Shown one piece after another: positions 25,815 through 39,790 of a stretch of DNA of 64,000 bases (positions are counted from its first letter, which is position 1; each line of letters starts with the position of its first letter). The DNA lies in the NCBI RefSeq assembly GCF_009914755.1, contig NC_060945.1; one strand, 5' to 3'. Source of the stretch: the human T2T-CHM13v2.0 reference genome, Homo sapiens. The notes beneath the pieces are model-generated. The model ran no database searches. It saw nothing but the letters and a program-made list of their open reading frames with translations, and was not told the origin of the DNA. Position numbers and translations under genes: made by a program.

Positions 25815-27031
25815 GTTCAGGGAAACCACTTGGAAACTTCAGTGGATGATCCAGAATTTATTTTTGCCTATCTGGGTAATAGGAAAAGTTAAAAAAAAAA
25901 AATGAATTTCTTCTAAGCTGTTGACACAGCCATGTGATTCTTTCATAAATGAGTTTCAATCTAAGTTCTAATTTTTGAAAAGAGGTGTTTACTTGGCAAA
26001 CTTCACTTGCATTTAAAAAAAAATTCTACAGTGTGACTATCCATTGCCACCACAAGCAGCAGCACTTTTACCTGTCAGAGATGGCGTCTCAGTGTGTAGT
26101 TACAGAATGCACAGAACAGAGGACGTCTCACTGCTGTATCAGGACACTCAATCCATGTGTGGTTTCCCAGGTGAAACTGTAGCCCTCCTGCTGTAAAAGT
26201 CACCCGCTTAATGAGGTGTATTTACCCTGTATTAGTAAGAATCTGTAGTTCAAAAATGCTGTATTTGGGGCAAAAATCAACATCTCTGAATTCAAGTACC
26301 CTCGCCCCCTCTCTCAGCAAGAAGTTTGTGTGAAGAGACAGCTGGAAATTCTAGCCCTTAAGATGTTAAACAAAAATAGGGATAAATTTACTGTGTTTAC
26401 ACGGCATCTTTAGTTTCCAAATGTGTTTATTCTAATATCCCTGGGAGATAAACTGGGGCAAGACTCGACATCACTACTTACTGAACCGGGTGCAGGGCAG
26501 GGTGCTTAGATGTAAAGACAAAGTGGCTTACCTCTACGGCTTCCTGGCCAGGACAACACTGGCTTTGTTATTTACCTCCCTATCAAAGTCATAGTCACGC
26601 CCTTAGATCATGACTGTAAGCGTTTCAGAAGGCTGAATGGTTCTAAATCCTATAGTTATATAATTTTGAAAATCAGTTATAGCTATGTTTTTGCTCTTCA
26701 AATCTCCTTCATTTAAGTAAAGGCCCCACTGGGAAATTTTTAGATTGCCTGTTAAGAAAAACCTTGTCCAAGAACAATTGTTCTATCAAAATTCATGATA
26801 TCAAAGAAAAGTGTAAACTAGAATATCTTAATTTCTTTCAAGGCATCCAATCTAGTTTTCTCTGAACAACAAAATGGAAAACCTCAGTCTTCAAAAACCT
26901 CATGGACTTTTCTCAGCTTTTCCACCAACACACTGGACTCCATTCTCTCTGCTGTCTAATTGCATCTGATAAACATATTTATGTAGGCAAAGAATGAGCC
27001 CATTTGAGTTTCTATCTTTGTTTTCCCACAG

Positions 27032-27177
27032 GGAGACGCACAAAGATGTTCGGTCCTTTCCTTCTGAAGGCTGGACAGTTCTGTGTGACGCACACACATA
27101 TTTCTAAGCGTTTTGCAGCACTGTGACATTGCTTAATGCAACTCACAGGGGTGTGAAGGGCTGAAAAGACCTTTGAG
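27032..27177 (+). other. Candidate internal non-coding exon (146 nt)
   Basis: Acceptor TTTCTATCTTTGTTTTCCCACAG|G and donor GAG|GTGAGT; stop codons in all three frames. No transcript evidence available. Confidence 0.45.
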
Positions 27178-27524
27178 GTGAGTACATGTGATGAAACAAC
27201 ACAGAGAAAAAGTGTAGCAGGGACTAATTTATTTACGGTAAAACAGTTCCTATTTCTTTACCTTCAGTCACTCTAGTCATGTTGAAGTGAGGTTCAAAGA
27301 GAAAGAAATGGAGCCTGGACCACACCATGAGAGCCTGGAAGGAAAGGTGTAGCCCTGAGCTCATCCTCTGCAGAGGGGAACAGGCTTCTCAGGCCAAGGT
27401 AGATGACAAGGAGAGCTGGCCTCCACCAGAAACTGCCAAAAGCTGTAAGAAGCTCCTATCTGGCTCTAGGCCCTTCATAACCAGACGTTGATTTAGACCC
27501 TAGGAAGAAGACAATGTGATAGGA

Positions 27525-27845
27525 TTCATATAATTTATATAATTAATAATTATGTAATAATTATTATTTATCTTATATATTATATTTATATAAGCATATA
27601 TTATAATTAACTATATAATTTATATGATTAATTGTATTAAATATTCATATAAAAATGGGCTTTTAATATATTGAATACATATCAATATACCATTTTGATA
27701 TCATATATAAATTATAAATTGCATTGTATAATTATATATTATACTTAATTATATAATTTATATAATTATATTAACTATTAATATAAAAATTGTGCTTTTA
27801 ATATATGGATTACATATCAATATAGCATACTGATATAAAAATTAA
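27525..27845. repeat. AT-rich low-complexity tract with ~134-bp internal duplication
   Basis: 'atataaaaat...gcttttaatatat...tacatatcaatata' occurs at 27647 and again at 27781. Confidence 0.85.
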
Positions 27846-27859
27846 TCCCTCAATTTAAT

Positions 27860-28200
27860 TCCATTCATTTATCACCCACAATCATTTATTGAGCACCTGA
27901 AAGCCTGAGTTTAGTACCTCCATGCACTTATGGAGCACTCAGTCCCTTCCTGGCACCATTCTGTATACTGAGGACATGGAGATGAAAATGCACAGCCCCC
28001 CACCCCCTGTGCTCTCACAGTGGCTCGCAGCCCGTTGCACAAACTGAAGCATAAATAAGTCATTACAAGGTGAGGGGAGCCACAACAGAGGTGTAGGCAG
28101 AACAAGACACAGCATAAACAAGGGCCTACAAACTCCACCAAGAAGTGATGGATGACATTCTCAAGCATGACAATGAGTGCGATATTTGGCGAGGGTGGGT
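27860..28200 (-). mobile_element. L2 3' region
   Basis: 'catttattgagcacct', 'ctggcaccattctgtatactgaggacatggagatgaa'. Confidence 0.65.
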
Positions 28201-28519
28201 ACTCTGGGTGAGCAGAGATAACTTGGAAAAAAGTATCTGAGTCAACGGCACAACAATTTACAAAGGGGTCCTCCAGGAAGTATGCTATGCAAAGTATGGA
28301 ACAAATGAAGAAAGATGTTGCCTCCAGGGGACTTTCTAGCTCCTATTTTTAAAAGGATGTGTGTTTTTAACTCCTTGAGATTAGCAGCATATGAAATGCA
28401 CACCAATTACCCATACTTTTGATTGATTGCCTTTAATCCTCCACTCCTCTTATATGTGGTTACAAATCCTGCAAAATTTTGATGAAATCTCCTAAAATGA
28501 TAAAGCAGTGATGCCAACA

Positions 28520-29130
28520 GATACATAGCCTAATGATATGCAGAAGCAGAAGATAACATAGAATTAGTGAACACAGAAATGGAAAAGTCTCAATCTCACT
28601 ATTAATTAAAAGTATGCATTTAAAAAAACAGTAACTTTCTGTTTATTGTATTATCACATATTTTGCACAGTGATCATGTCTAATCCTGGGAAGCATCGAG
28701 TGAATCTATATATTTACATGTGGCAATTGTACTATATGTCTTTAGACCATTGACCTCAAAAGAAAGGAAAAAAGAAAACCTCTATGCACAAAGATGTTCA
28801 CGTCAGTATTATTTATGAAATTAATAACAAAAATAGAGAAGCAAATGAAACTTCCAAAATTAATAAGAGTGTTAAATCACTGTACATTTTTAGATGAGTC
28901 ATGGTATTATTCTTAATATTAACATTTATAATTATTAAAGCTCCTGTCACATGGAAACACTTTCAACATAATGATTATCAAAAAGTGTTAGAAAATGACA
29001 TGTATACTATGGTTTCAACTGTATAAGATATTTATTTACATAGACGAGAATCAGAAGGAAATATCAAAATAACAGTTAATATTACATAAACACTTTTTTG
29101 TTATCTTGAATACTCAGACTTTCTGCTAAT
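28520..29130 (+). mobile_element. L1ME-like fragments
   Basis: 'tatgcacaaagatgttcacgtcagtattatttat', 'acatggaaa', 'gaaggaaatatcaaaata'. Confidence 0.65.
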
Positions 29131-30537
29131 ACTTTTTAAGCAGTCCTAATAAGACTAGAATTTGGATCATTTAATAAACCCCATAGTAAGGAAACAATAT
29201 GCGTAGCACTTCTACAAAAGTCTTAGACACACACGCACACCTTCATGTTAAGGTGAAAAATGTACAAGCATATGAAATTAAGAAAAAATTGCCTCATATG
29301 GATGGGAGTGAAGATTCATTCCAAATTTTGCCTTGAGTAGATTTGCAAGTTGTCATTACAGTGCCTTCTCTTATTTATCAGTCTGAGCACAATGGCAGAA
29401 CTCGGTCATCTAAATTATCCATTTACCTTGTATATGGAATTAAGAGCTCTGTGTTAGGGAGCTCCAAATGTCAAGAGGCAGAGTCATGCCGGGGATTGAT
29501 TCTGTAGATTAGAACATCTCCACCAAGGCATTTGGCCTGTGAGATGTCTAAGTAGATTAATTGAAGTAGAAATGCATTATTTATTATTTAACACTTAGTG
29601 AAAGCAGTCAGCAAGCTAGGTTTAATAATGATTTCTTTTAGACACTCACCGATGCATAAGAATTAGGTAAACATGACCCAATCATTACTTGAGAGGTTTA
29701 TCAGGTTTCAAATCAGAACTTCTTTTTTTTTAAAGAGGCAATTAGCATTGTGATATTCCTCTTGCCTATTAGAAAAGATAAGTTTTATGATATCTATGGG
29801 ATCTCTAAGAATTAGGCCTATTTAGACAAGGAATGAGAGAGGACTTTTACACTGTTGACAGAGGTCCATTCAGTCAGGGCTATGTTTCTGATCCCTGTAG
29901 ATAAGTCTAGAAGACAGGAACACACTAACTGGCCTCAACATTCCTAATGGTGACTACTAATTATTTCAGAATTGGAGGAAGACTTGCCTTCCTGTTACAG
30001 CTGCCTGGATTGCTGGAGTCTGATTCATACCTAGCCATGTAAGGGAAAGCTCATCTTCTGCCTGGACAGTGTCTTGGCACTCCTGGATGCCTGGCCCCTT
30101 GGTGTGTGCTCCCCATAATGCATAAGTTGCGTCATATTTCTGGAGTCACTTCACCCAGCACAGACTGATCTGAATCTTCTTCTTTTTCAGTGAAGTCAGC
30201 CTTTGACCAGAGAATCCCTAAGCCATGGATTCTTTCTGGCTTTGGAAGATGGGACAGAAGATGTAGATGGTTAACCATCCCCCAAGGATGGAGGATCTCA
30301 CTACCCTTCACACCCAGGGATGACCTCATCATTAGCTCTAATATGAAGTCTAATGCTTCCAGTTGCATAAGTTGGGGCAAAGTACTTACTCTCTCTAGGG
30401 TTCACATTTTTCATGGTAAATGATGTCTATGATAGAGGGGTTACTGCTGGGACTAAAGACAGAAAACAGGCCAACGGCATTCTCCAGTGGCTTACAGACA
30501 AGCAGTGCCTGATGTATTTTGGGTCCTCCATATCACT

Positions 30538-31438
<901 letters not shown>

Positions 31439-32264
31439 CACATGCTTCTAACTTCAAATTTCTTTACTCATAGCACGGATTCCAGTACCGATCCACTCTC
31501 AATGCTGCCCATTTCTGTATTTTTCTGACAATTTCCAAGTATTTTATGAATAAGTATCTCTTTTCTTGGCTAATGGATAGAACTGAAATTGCTTTATAAC
31601 TACCAGTGGTGACTGTGATGGGAAGGATGACAGCTGATGCTAAAAGATTAACACTGAACTTCAGAGTGGTAGCAAAAAAATGAGGGTTATTTCAGAAACC
31701 ACAATTTATAAACAACAGACTTCCTAACAGGCTAGAACAATAAGAAAGTAAAATTGTGGATCCCCATCCTTTCAGTGTTGGTTTGTTTTTGTTTTATTAT
31801 AATTATATAATAAATATTACACTTTCATTTTATATACAGAAATGTGAATATTTAAATTTTATTATAATAGAATCTTTAATAAAATCAACAAATATAGTAC
31901 ACTGGAACAAATACACCTATCTCAGAAAACACATTGAGGGCAGAAAGAATATTCACTTATAAGTGCAATCAGTGCCTTCAATTATAGTTGAGTTCCAAAG
32001 ATATAAAATGTAAAATGTAACTATATCATATATGATGGTTTGCTTCCTGTGAAATCCACTCATTAATACCTTAAAGGCCTTCCCGTGATCCTGTTTAATA
32101 ATATATTCTTAAAAGGGTGTTATTCTCTGCAACACACATTTTTAATTCTGGATATTTAAAAAAACAAACTCAACATTTTTCTTGGCATTTTTTGCAAATG
32201 AATTGGAGTTCATTCAGACATTCAATTCAGTAAAAACAAAAAACACATACATTTCTGCAGAGCC

Positions 32265-32444
32265 ACAGTTGAAGAGCATGGGCTTAGGAGAGCAGACCCC
32301 CGGGTCTGGTCCCAGTTCTCCTGCCCCTCCCCAGCTTACTGTGTCACCTTGGCTGTCCCAAGATGTGAGTTCCTCCTTGGAGATGCAGTTCACAGCCAGA
32401 GTGATCGCTAAGCTTCCTCCCTGCATTAAAATTCTATTATTCTA
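32265..32444 (+). mobile_element. MIR3/MIRc-like SINE
   Basis: 'aagagcatgggctt...ctgtgtcaccttgg...tgatcgctaag...aaaattctattattcta'. Confidence 0.6.
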
Positions 32445-34218
32445 AGTCTTTCTCACTTCTCTGGAATTTCCTGTGATATGGATGCTTGCAATTATTACAC
32501 CTCTGACAATTGATGCCAATAAAAAAGCATCTACAACATCGGACAATGAATTTCTTATGTTTTTATTCCATACAAAATCATGTAGTTAGGTTCAGAAATA
32601 AAATATTCATCACACATTTTGTGGTAGGCTGGTCTTGCTCCACGGGATGAAAACATATGTCGCAAGAGGGAACAGGTTTGCCTAAGGACCCATATGAACG
32701 AATTCAAAAAGAACCTAAACTCCCAACCATGCCTATCTCTCATACATGAGCTTTCTCTCATTACCAACCAACGTAAATATCAAAAGTTGATCAATGTAGA
32801 AGACTTTTATTACACATTGTTCCCACAAACTACTGTGACCCACATGCTTAGGACCCCAAAAGCGGTGTTCTCACTTGCATCCACTGGGTACACACTGGGG
32901 AAGTCTCTGGGACCAGGTGGCAAATAAGACTTTTGGAAGTCTTTTCCCTGCAAGAAAGTGATGGCAGGATAGTGCAATGACTGGAGGCAGACAAAACAAC
33001 CACAAAAGGCCAGAGAGGACTTGTAGCTTTACAGGCTGATCATTTTTATTATGTGTTATTATATTTAAGAAAGCTCTAAATATTTTTCCAAAAGACTGAA
33101 TGTGCTTAAAAGGAGATACTTTTGTTATCCAATTGCTGGTTCTCTGCTCAAAGGACAAACAAATGAAAACATCAGAAATTCTCCAGTAGTGAGAAACAAT
33201 GCATAAGCAGTCAAACCTCCAGGAAAACTTCTGAAAGCTGAAGTAGGTGTATGAAAAATCAGCTTCATTAAAGCAATCTATGAGAGCTGCTTGTCTAGTA
33301 ATAGCTACTGTATTTTGTGGCACGGACTTGATTCTTAGGGACTCCTGGAAGTTACACTCAAAGGTGCATTTCATACCAGTCACTCCTCCATATCCAATAT
33401 CTTGTTTTACAGTTTTACAGTCTTGCGGCCGGGTGGCGGCAGGGGACAAATGAGAAGGAGAGCAAGAGGGAGCACATCAATGAGAAACAATGATGATGAG
33501 ATAATTAGAGTGAGCAATAAAGAATTCATCACAGGGACAGAGGACCAGACCAATGATCAGCAGCCGTATCTATTGCCTTGTCCTTGTTGTTCTCTTTTAG
33601 TAAGACCTGAGCATAGAATAGAGTGATGCAGTAGACCAGGATCTTACATGTCCATTCCTCTTCCTTAGGAGAGTCCTCAGATGATCCTCACACAGTGTGA
33701 CTTATCCTTCAGGACAAGGTTAGCTGTTTGGCTGGGGCTTCAGTCCCTGGTCATTTGTCATGAGATTCCGGGTCTTCACAAAGAGGCATAGAGAACCTGC
33801 TGAGTGTTTTCCCTTAGGCCTCAGTCTACAGATGAAAGGCTTCCTCAATTAAAAGCCAATTCTTCACCATTTGGGCACCCAAAGTAGACCTAAGCTATGC
33901 CTAACTCCACCCATTCACTGTGTGATTCCATTCCTGGATACAAAGTACCTGGTATCAGGATCAGTTCTTACAGTGGGCCTGATGGTATGAAAGGCTGGAT
34001 TATGTCATTGTAGAAGGAATTGAGAGGGTAGAAGTTACTGATTGGGAAAGAGAGAGTCTTCAAAACTTAATAAGCCATGTTTTCAGTAACAAAAAGAGGA
34101 AAAAGGATTGGGCTGGATGTTTGTTTTTTCAAAGCTTAACACAGACTATTTTTTAAACATTTACTAAGCATCTACAATATAATGTGGAAATGGAGATAAC
34201 GAAATTATAAGTATTCTT

Positions 34219-34539
<321 letters not shown>

Positions 34540-34821
34540 TATAAGCATTCTTAAATAACTTGAAAGACAGGAGCTAACTAAAAAGCAGACAGAAACGGGG
34601 AAATATTCAGCTGAATGCTGGATTATTTTGAATATGCAAAATTTAGCATGGTCTAGCATGGTCAACTCCCAGCAATCATTACGGAACCGGGAAATTGTTT
34701 TCCATTTACTTAAGAGATACCTCCATTGATTAAACACATATTACATGTGAAGACTCTTCTGGGCATGCTACTTGTATAACTTTATTTAATCACCAAATCC
34801 TCTGAGGTAAATCCTATTATC

Positions 34822-35011
34822 AAAGGTTGCCAGTTTTAGCAAATAAAAATACAAAATTCCCAGTTAAATTCGAATTTCAGATGAACAGTAAATATTTGTA
34901 ATATAACTAGGTCCCATGAAATGTTTGAGACACCGCTATGCAAAACATTATTTGCCATTTATCTGAAATACACATTTAACTGGGCATCCTATGTTTTACC
35001 TGGCAAAAATA
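34822..35011. mobile_element. MER53 palindromic MITE inside a MIR remnant
   Basis: Inverted arms 'ttgccag...cccagttaaatt...atttcagat' and 'atctgaaat...atttaactggg...ctggcaa'. Confidence 0.85.
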
Positions 35012-35167
35012 TTATTATTATTCCAGTTAAATGATACTTCATCTTCAGGCTACCATGCTGGTCAAACTCTTGTCAGGCATTACTTGGTGTTAGACAAAGG
35101 GTACGATAACTGGATGAAGCCAAGTTTCACAGAATCTTCAAGACATTTTTAAGGTGGCTTGCGGGCT

Positions 35168-35530
35168 TAAAAAATGTGGCACCTATACACCATGGAATAC
35201 TATGCAGCCATAGAAAAGGATGAGTTCATGTCCTTTGCAGGATATGGATAAAGCTGGAAACCATCATCTTCAGTAAACTAACATAGGAAAACCAAATACC
35301 ACATATTCTCACTCATAAGTGGGAGTTGAACAATGAAAACACATGGACACAGGGAGGGGAACATCACACACCGGGACCTGTTGCTGGATGAGGGGCTAGG
35401 GGAGGGATAACATTAGGAGAAATACCTAATGTAGATGATGGGTTGATGAGTGCAGCAAACCACCATGGCATGTGTATACCTATGTAATAAACCTGCACAT
35501 TCTGCACATGTATCCCAGAACTTAAAGTAT
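35168..35530 (+). mobile_element. L1PA (PA7/8-like) 5'-truncated 3' end
   Basis: 'caccatggaatactatgcagccat...ctcataagtgggagttgaacaatga...cccagaacttaaagtat'. Confidence 0.95.
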
Positions 35531-35899
35531 TAAATATATATTAATTATATATATAAATTATATATGTATAATATATATATTATATTTATATATTATATAT
35601 TATATAAATATATATATTTATATATTATATATTATATAAATATATATATTTATATAATATATATTATATAATATATATATTTATATATTATATAATATAT
35701 ATATTTATATATTATATAAATATATATATTTATATAATATATAAATATATATATTATATAATATATAAATATATATATTTATATCTCTATAAATATATAG
35801 AGATATATATATCTCTATATTAATATATATTATATATTATATAATATATAAAAATATATATTTATATATATTAATTTTTATATATATATATATATAAAA
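35531..35899. repeat. ~370-bp interrupted (TA)n tract replacing the L1 tail
   Basis: Almost exclusively A/T, alternating, with internal higher-order repeats. Confidence 0.95.
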
Positions 35900-36229
35900 T
35901 CCTTTCCATTGTCTGTCTTCCCAACTCCCAAAGGTAGGCCGAACTGGGGGCTTGGAGAGAGCTTATATCACTTGCCCAAGACCTGTGCTAAGCTGCCTCA
36001 TGTACCCTTAAAATGAAATATGACATATTATTCTGAGTTTAATACATCTAAAGTCAGGCTACCCTAGCAAAACTTCTTGCTTAAAAATTAACCTGTGAGC
36101 ACAAAAACATGGCAGAGCTGCGACCTGGTTTAAAAGAGTGATGCCTGAGGAAAGCTAGCAGCAGCTAACATTAAACCCAAGGCCCCCAGCCCAACTCTCT
36201 CAGGCCTCTCAAGAAAGATAATTTTTATT

Positions 36230-36465
36230 TAACTGATATTTGTATTGCATTTATTGTGCTGGGTGTGGCTCTGTATCTTTTATTCTTCTGATCTTCATAA
36301 AACCCTACGACGTAGATCCTATTATTATTCCAATGCTACAGAGGAGGAAACTGAGGAATAGAGGGGTTACATAATGTCCCAAGGTCACATAGCTAGTAAA
36401 TGACAAAGCCAGGATTCAAACCTGGGCAGGCGGGCTCCAGAATTCATGCTCTGAACCACTAAGCA
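36230..36465 (-). mobile_element. MIR/MIRb
   Basis: 'acagaggaggaaactgagg...cccaaggtcacatagctagtaaatgacaaagccaggattcaaacc'. Confidence 0.9.
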
Positions 36466-37135
36466 ATGTCAACTTGAATTCCATATATTATAAAATTTTG
36501 GAAACAGATCAAGAATTCTCTGCATGTATGAAAAAGCACATGATCTATTCATCATTTCCAAAACTATTTTACGAACATCATCTCCTTTGGATCTTAGAGC
36601 AACTGGATAAAGGACAGGTAATATAGGTATCATTATTGCTATTTTGCAGACCAGATTAAGAGAGATAAGATTGTGAGCAGTGATGCATGACAAGTTCAAC
36701 ATTAGTAAATTAGTAAACACAGAGTCTTATCTAAACCAGATTCTCTATCCACTTTACCTAGGCTCAATACGGTAAGCAAAAATGGAACTCAGAAAATGCT
36801 AAGAATGATTGTCTTGCTCTGATTTAAAAATCTGGATTTTGCAATGCAGGAATATCTTTAAGTTTGGGATTACAAGAAATGTGAGGCAGGGCTGGGCTTG
36901 CTGAAGCAGGATACAAGGAAATGAAAACCATCACTCTGAATTGTTTGCTCAGTTGTCTTGGGGTAGCTTGGTAACTATACCAGAATGGGAGGCTTAGGTG
37001 TCATTATAAAGGAAATCCCTACTTTGGAAAGTGACACCAAGTGCGGTCATCAACAGAGAGCTAACAGCTTTTTTCTGCCAACTGGAGGACGTCTACTACC
37101 AAAACTCTGATCCATGCTTAAAGTGCTTATCAGTG

Positions 37136-37431
<296 letters not shown>

Positions 37432-37679
37432 AAAGTGCTTATCAGTGAAAAAGGTGATTATAGTTGAATGAACACAAAAGTTGAAATCTGGGTACCTCAC
37501 TTCCCAAAAGTCAGTTTCCTAGGTACAAAGTTGTATTTCTGGGAAATCACTGTGGCCTGATATTAAGTAACAAGATGATGATGGATTTAGATCTAAAGCA
37601 AAAATGAGAGAGCTATTAAATAGAAAAAGACATTGGTGTTTATAATGTATATTTTAGAGAAAAAGCAGTAATGTATGAC

Positions 37680-38290
37680 TTTTCCAATGGAAAGCAGAAA
37701 TCAGCTGTGAAAATAGCTACCATTGTTGAACTCGAAGTGAGTCACTGTCTGCAGAACTCTTCCGAAAGAGAAGAATGTGGGCCGCCAGCACCCAGTCGCG
37801 GCTGTGATCTTGGAGATGTCAGAGCAGGCAACATGCCTGCTAATGAGACCTCAGAAGTGTCTGATCATCTCTTCTAATTGCTCTAAATAATTGGAGAGCT
37901 GCTTGGCCTGGCCTCTCCTTCCTGAAGACGGTCAGTTCAAATATGCAAATATAAAATTATTTGAATACTGCTCTAATTGGAGTACGAGCTACCCATTATT
38001 TGCTGGAGAACAAAACAATATGACTAAAAACATTGACTATCAAATCCTTCATTTTAAGCTTCACTGAGCTCCCCAAATTACCACGGGCAGTCCTGACAAG
38101 GACCACTTTACAAGGGAGTTGATGACCCCTAATTAAGACACAAGGCGCTTCTAGTTATGTTAATATTTGAAATTGAAATTGGTTTGACCTACGCAGTTCC
38201 ATACAATACCACCAAGTGAAACTCAAATCCAGGCACCTTAAGTTGACAAAATGTCCAATAGCCCATTAAATGCATTGCAAATTCAAGTTC
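37680..38290. promoter_or_regulatory. Candidate developmental enhancer
   Basis: Repeat-free with about 10 retained CpGs; CATTGTT 37721, TGAGTCA 37738, ATGCAAAT 37943, TAATTG at 37875/37888/37974, TAATTA 38130. Motif evidence only. Confidence 0.4.
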
Positions 38291-38499
38291 CATCCATCCC
38301 CCACATCCCCCAAGTTGACTGCATTACAGAATGACAAATCCAAAATATCATACCTGATCACATGGTTTTCTGTAGAAACTTTATCCAACAAAGGACATTG
38401 GACAGGCATTACAAATTCTTTTTCCTACCAGGAGTTGGGATCCACCATGCACACATGTTTGGCCACTCTGAGCTGGAGTGGTCTCTCTCAGTTTCTCTC

Positions 38500-39790
38500 C
38501 ACTTGTCTTCCCAGCAATCTCTTCTTTTTTAACAGAAGTCTCATCTTCTCTCCTCTCCCTATTCCAGTCTTCATCTTTCATTGTGTTCCAGGGTACCTTC
38601 CCCTTCACTGATAGCCCTGCTCACAACTTGAAAATTTGGGTTGTTTTTTTTTTTTTTTTAAACTTTCTAAACCTATTTCTGCATCTACCTCAGCAATATC
38701 CAATCCCATTCTACCATAATTTTCTAGATGAAGTTACAAAACACTGCCTTCTCTTTTAATTTTTGTTAATTCCATCTCTTCTTCCTATATCCCATATTTC
38801 CTCATCCTCAGAAACAAAAGTAAAACTCTCAACTTTTCCCAACTGCACTCAAATTTACTCTCTCTACCCTTCCCATCCCGGCTGTATTTCTTGAAAGAGT
38901 AGTTGACACCTCCTGCCTTGACTTCCTCATCACCCAAGAGTTCCTTGTTGTTTTATAATCTGTTATCCAGCCCTACACTAGAGATAAGTTTTTCGTGGAA
39001 ATTAAATGTTAAGGAACTCTTGCTTTGGAGTCAGACTCCAAGAGCTGGATCCCCTATTCTCTCAAGGGCTAATGCCTAGCTACACAATTTGCTTTTCTTC
39101 CTTTTGAAATAGGATTCTAATAAATTTCAGTGTCTCACAGAGTTATTGTAAAAAGTAAGTGACACAGGTGCTTGACACCACACTGGTCCAATTTTAAGTG
39201 GTCAGAAGTGCTGAATTTTGTGTGTTTTCCATTGTTATTATGCTGTGAGGCCAAATCCCATGACATTCCTCAATTTTCATCTTCTTTGTCTTCTCAGCAC
39301 CATTTATTTCAAGATTGTTTAAAGTATTTAAATATTCTCCTTACCCATGACAATTACTCATCTAATTCCGCCCTTATCTCTGATGATTTTTCTCCTGTCT
39401 TCAGTGGATCCGATTCCTCCCCCACCAAACTCTACACTGTCTTTAGGAGTGTAATCAGCTGATCCTCACCTCCTCCTATTTTCCCTTGTGATCTCCCCAT
39501 GACCAAAACTCCTATTATCCCTGTCTTACTTATGGGTAACTCCCAAATGTGGAAGGACAGGCTCAGCCTCTCCCACAAACTATCTGCTAAACAAATCCTG
39601 ATATGCCATCATCTCACATCAGCAAGTTAAAACTAACAAATAAAAACCAAATATCTTTGCCTTCCCTCCTCCATAAGGCCTTTTCCACTCTCCCTTATTT
39701 CTGCAAAAGTCGTTGTTAATTCCCAGGCCCCAGGCTATGAAACTGACAGCCATCTCTAACTCTTCTTCTCATTTGCTCCCAGACTCCGAG
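38500..39790 (+). mobile_element. L2 fragments with an embedded MIR (~39000-39210)
   Basis: L2 'cttgaaagagtagttgacacctcctgccttgacttcctca', 'actcccaaat...agcctctcc'; MIR 'gctttggagtcagac...ctcacagagttattgtaa'. Confidence 0.6.

Noticed and set aside
32871-33449. Longest ORF (192 aa, minus strand)
   Set aside because: Non-ATG start, no recognisable domain, no convincing splice or promoter context; the length is within chance range for 64 kb in six frames.
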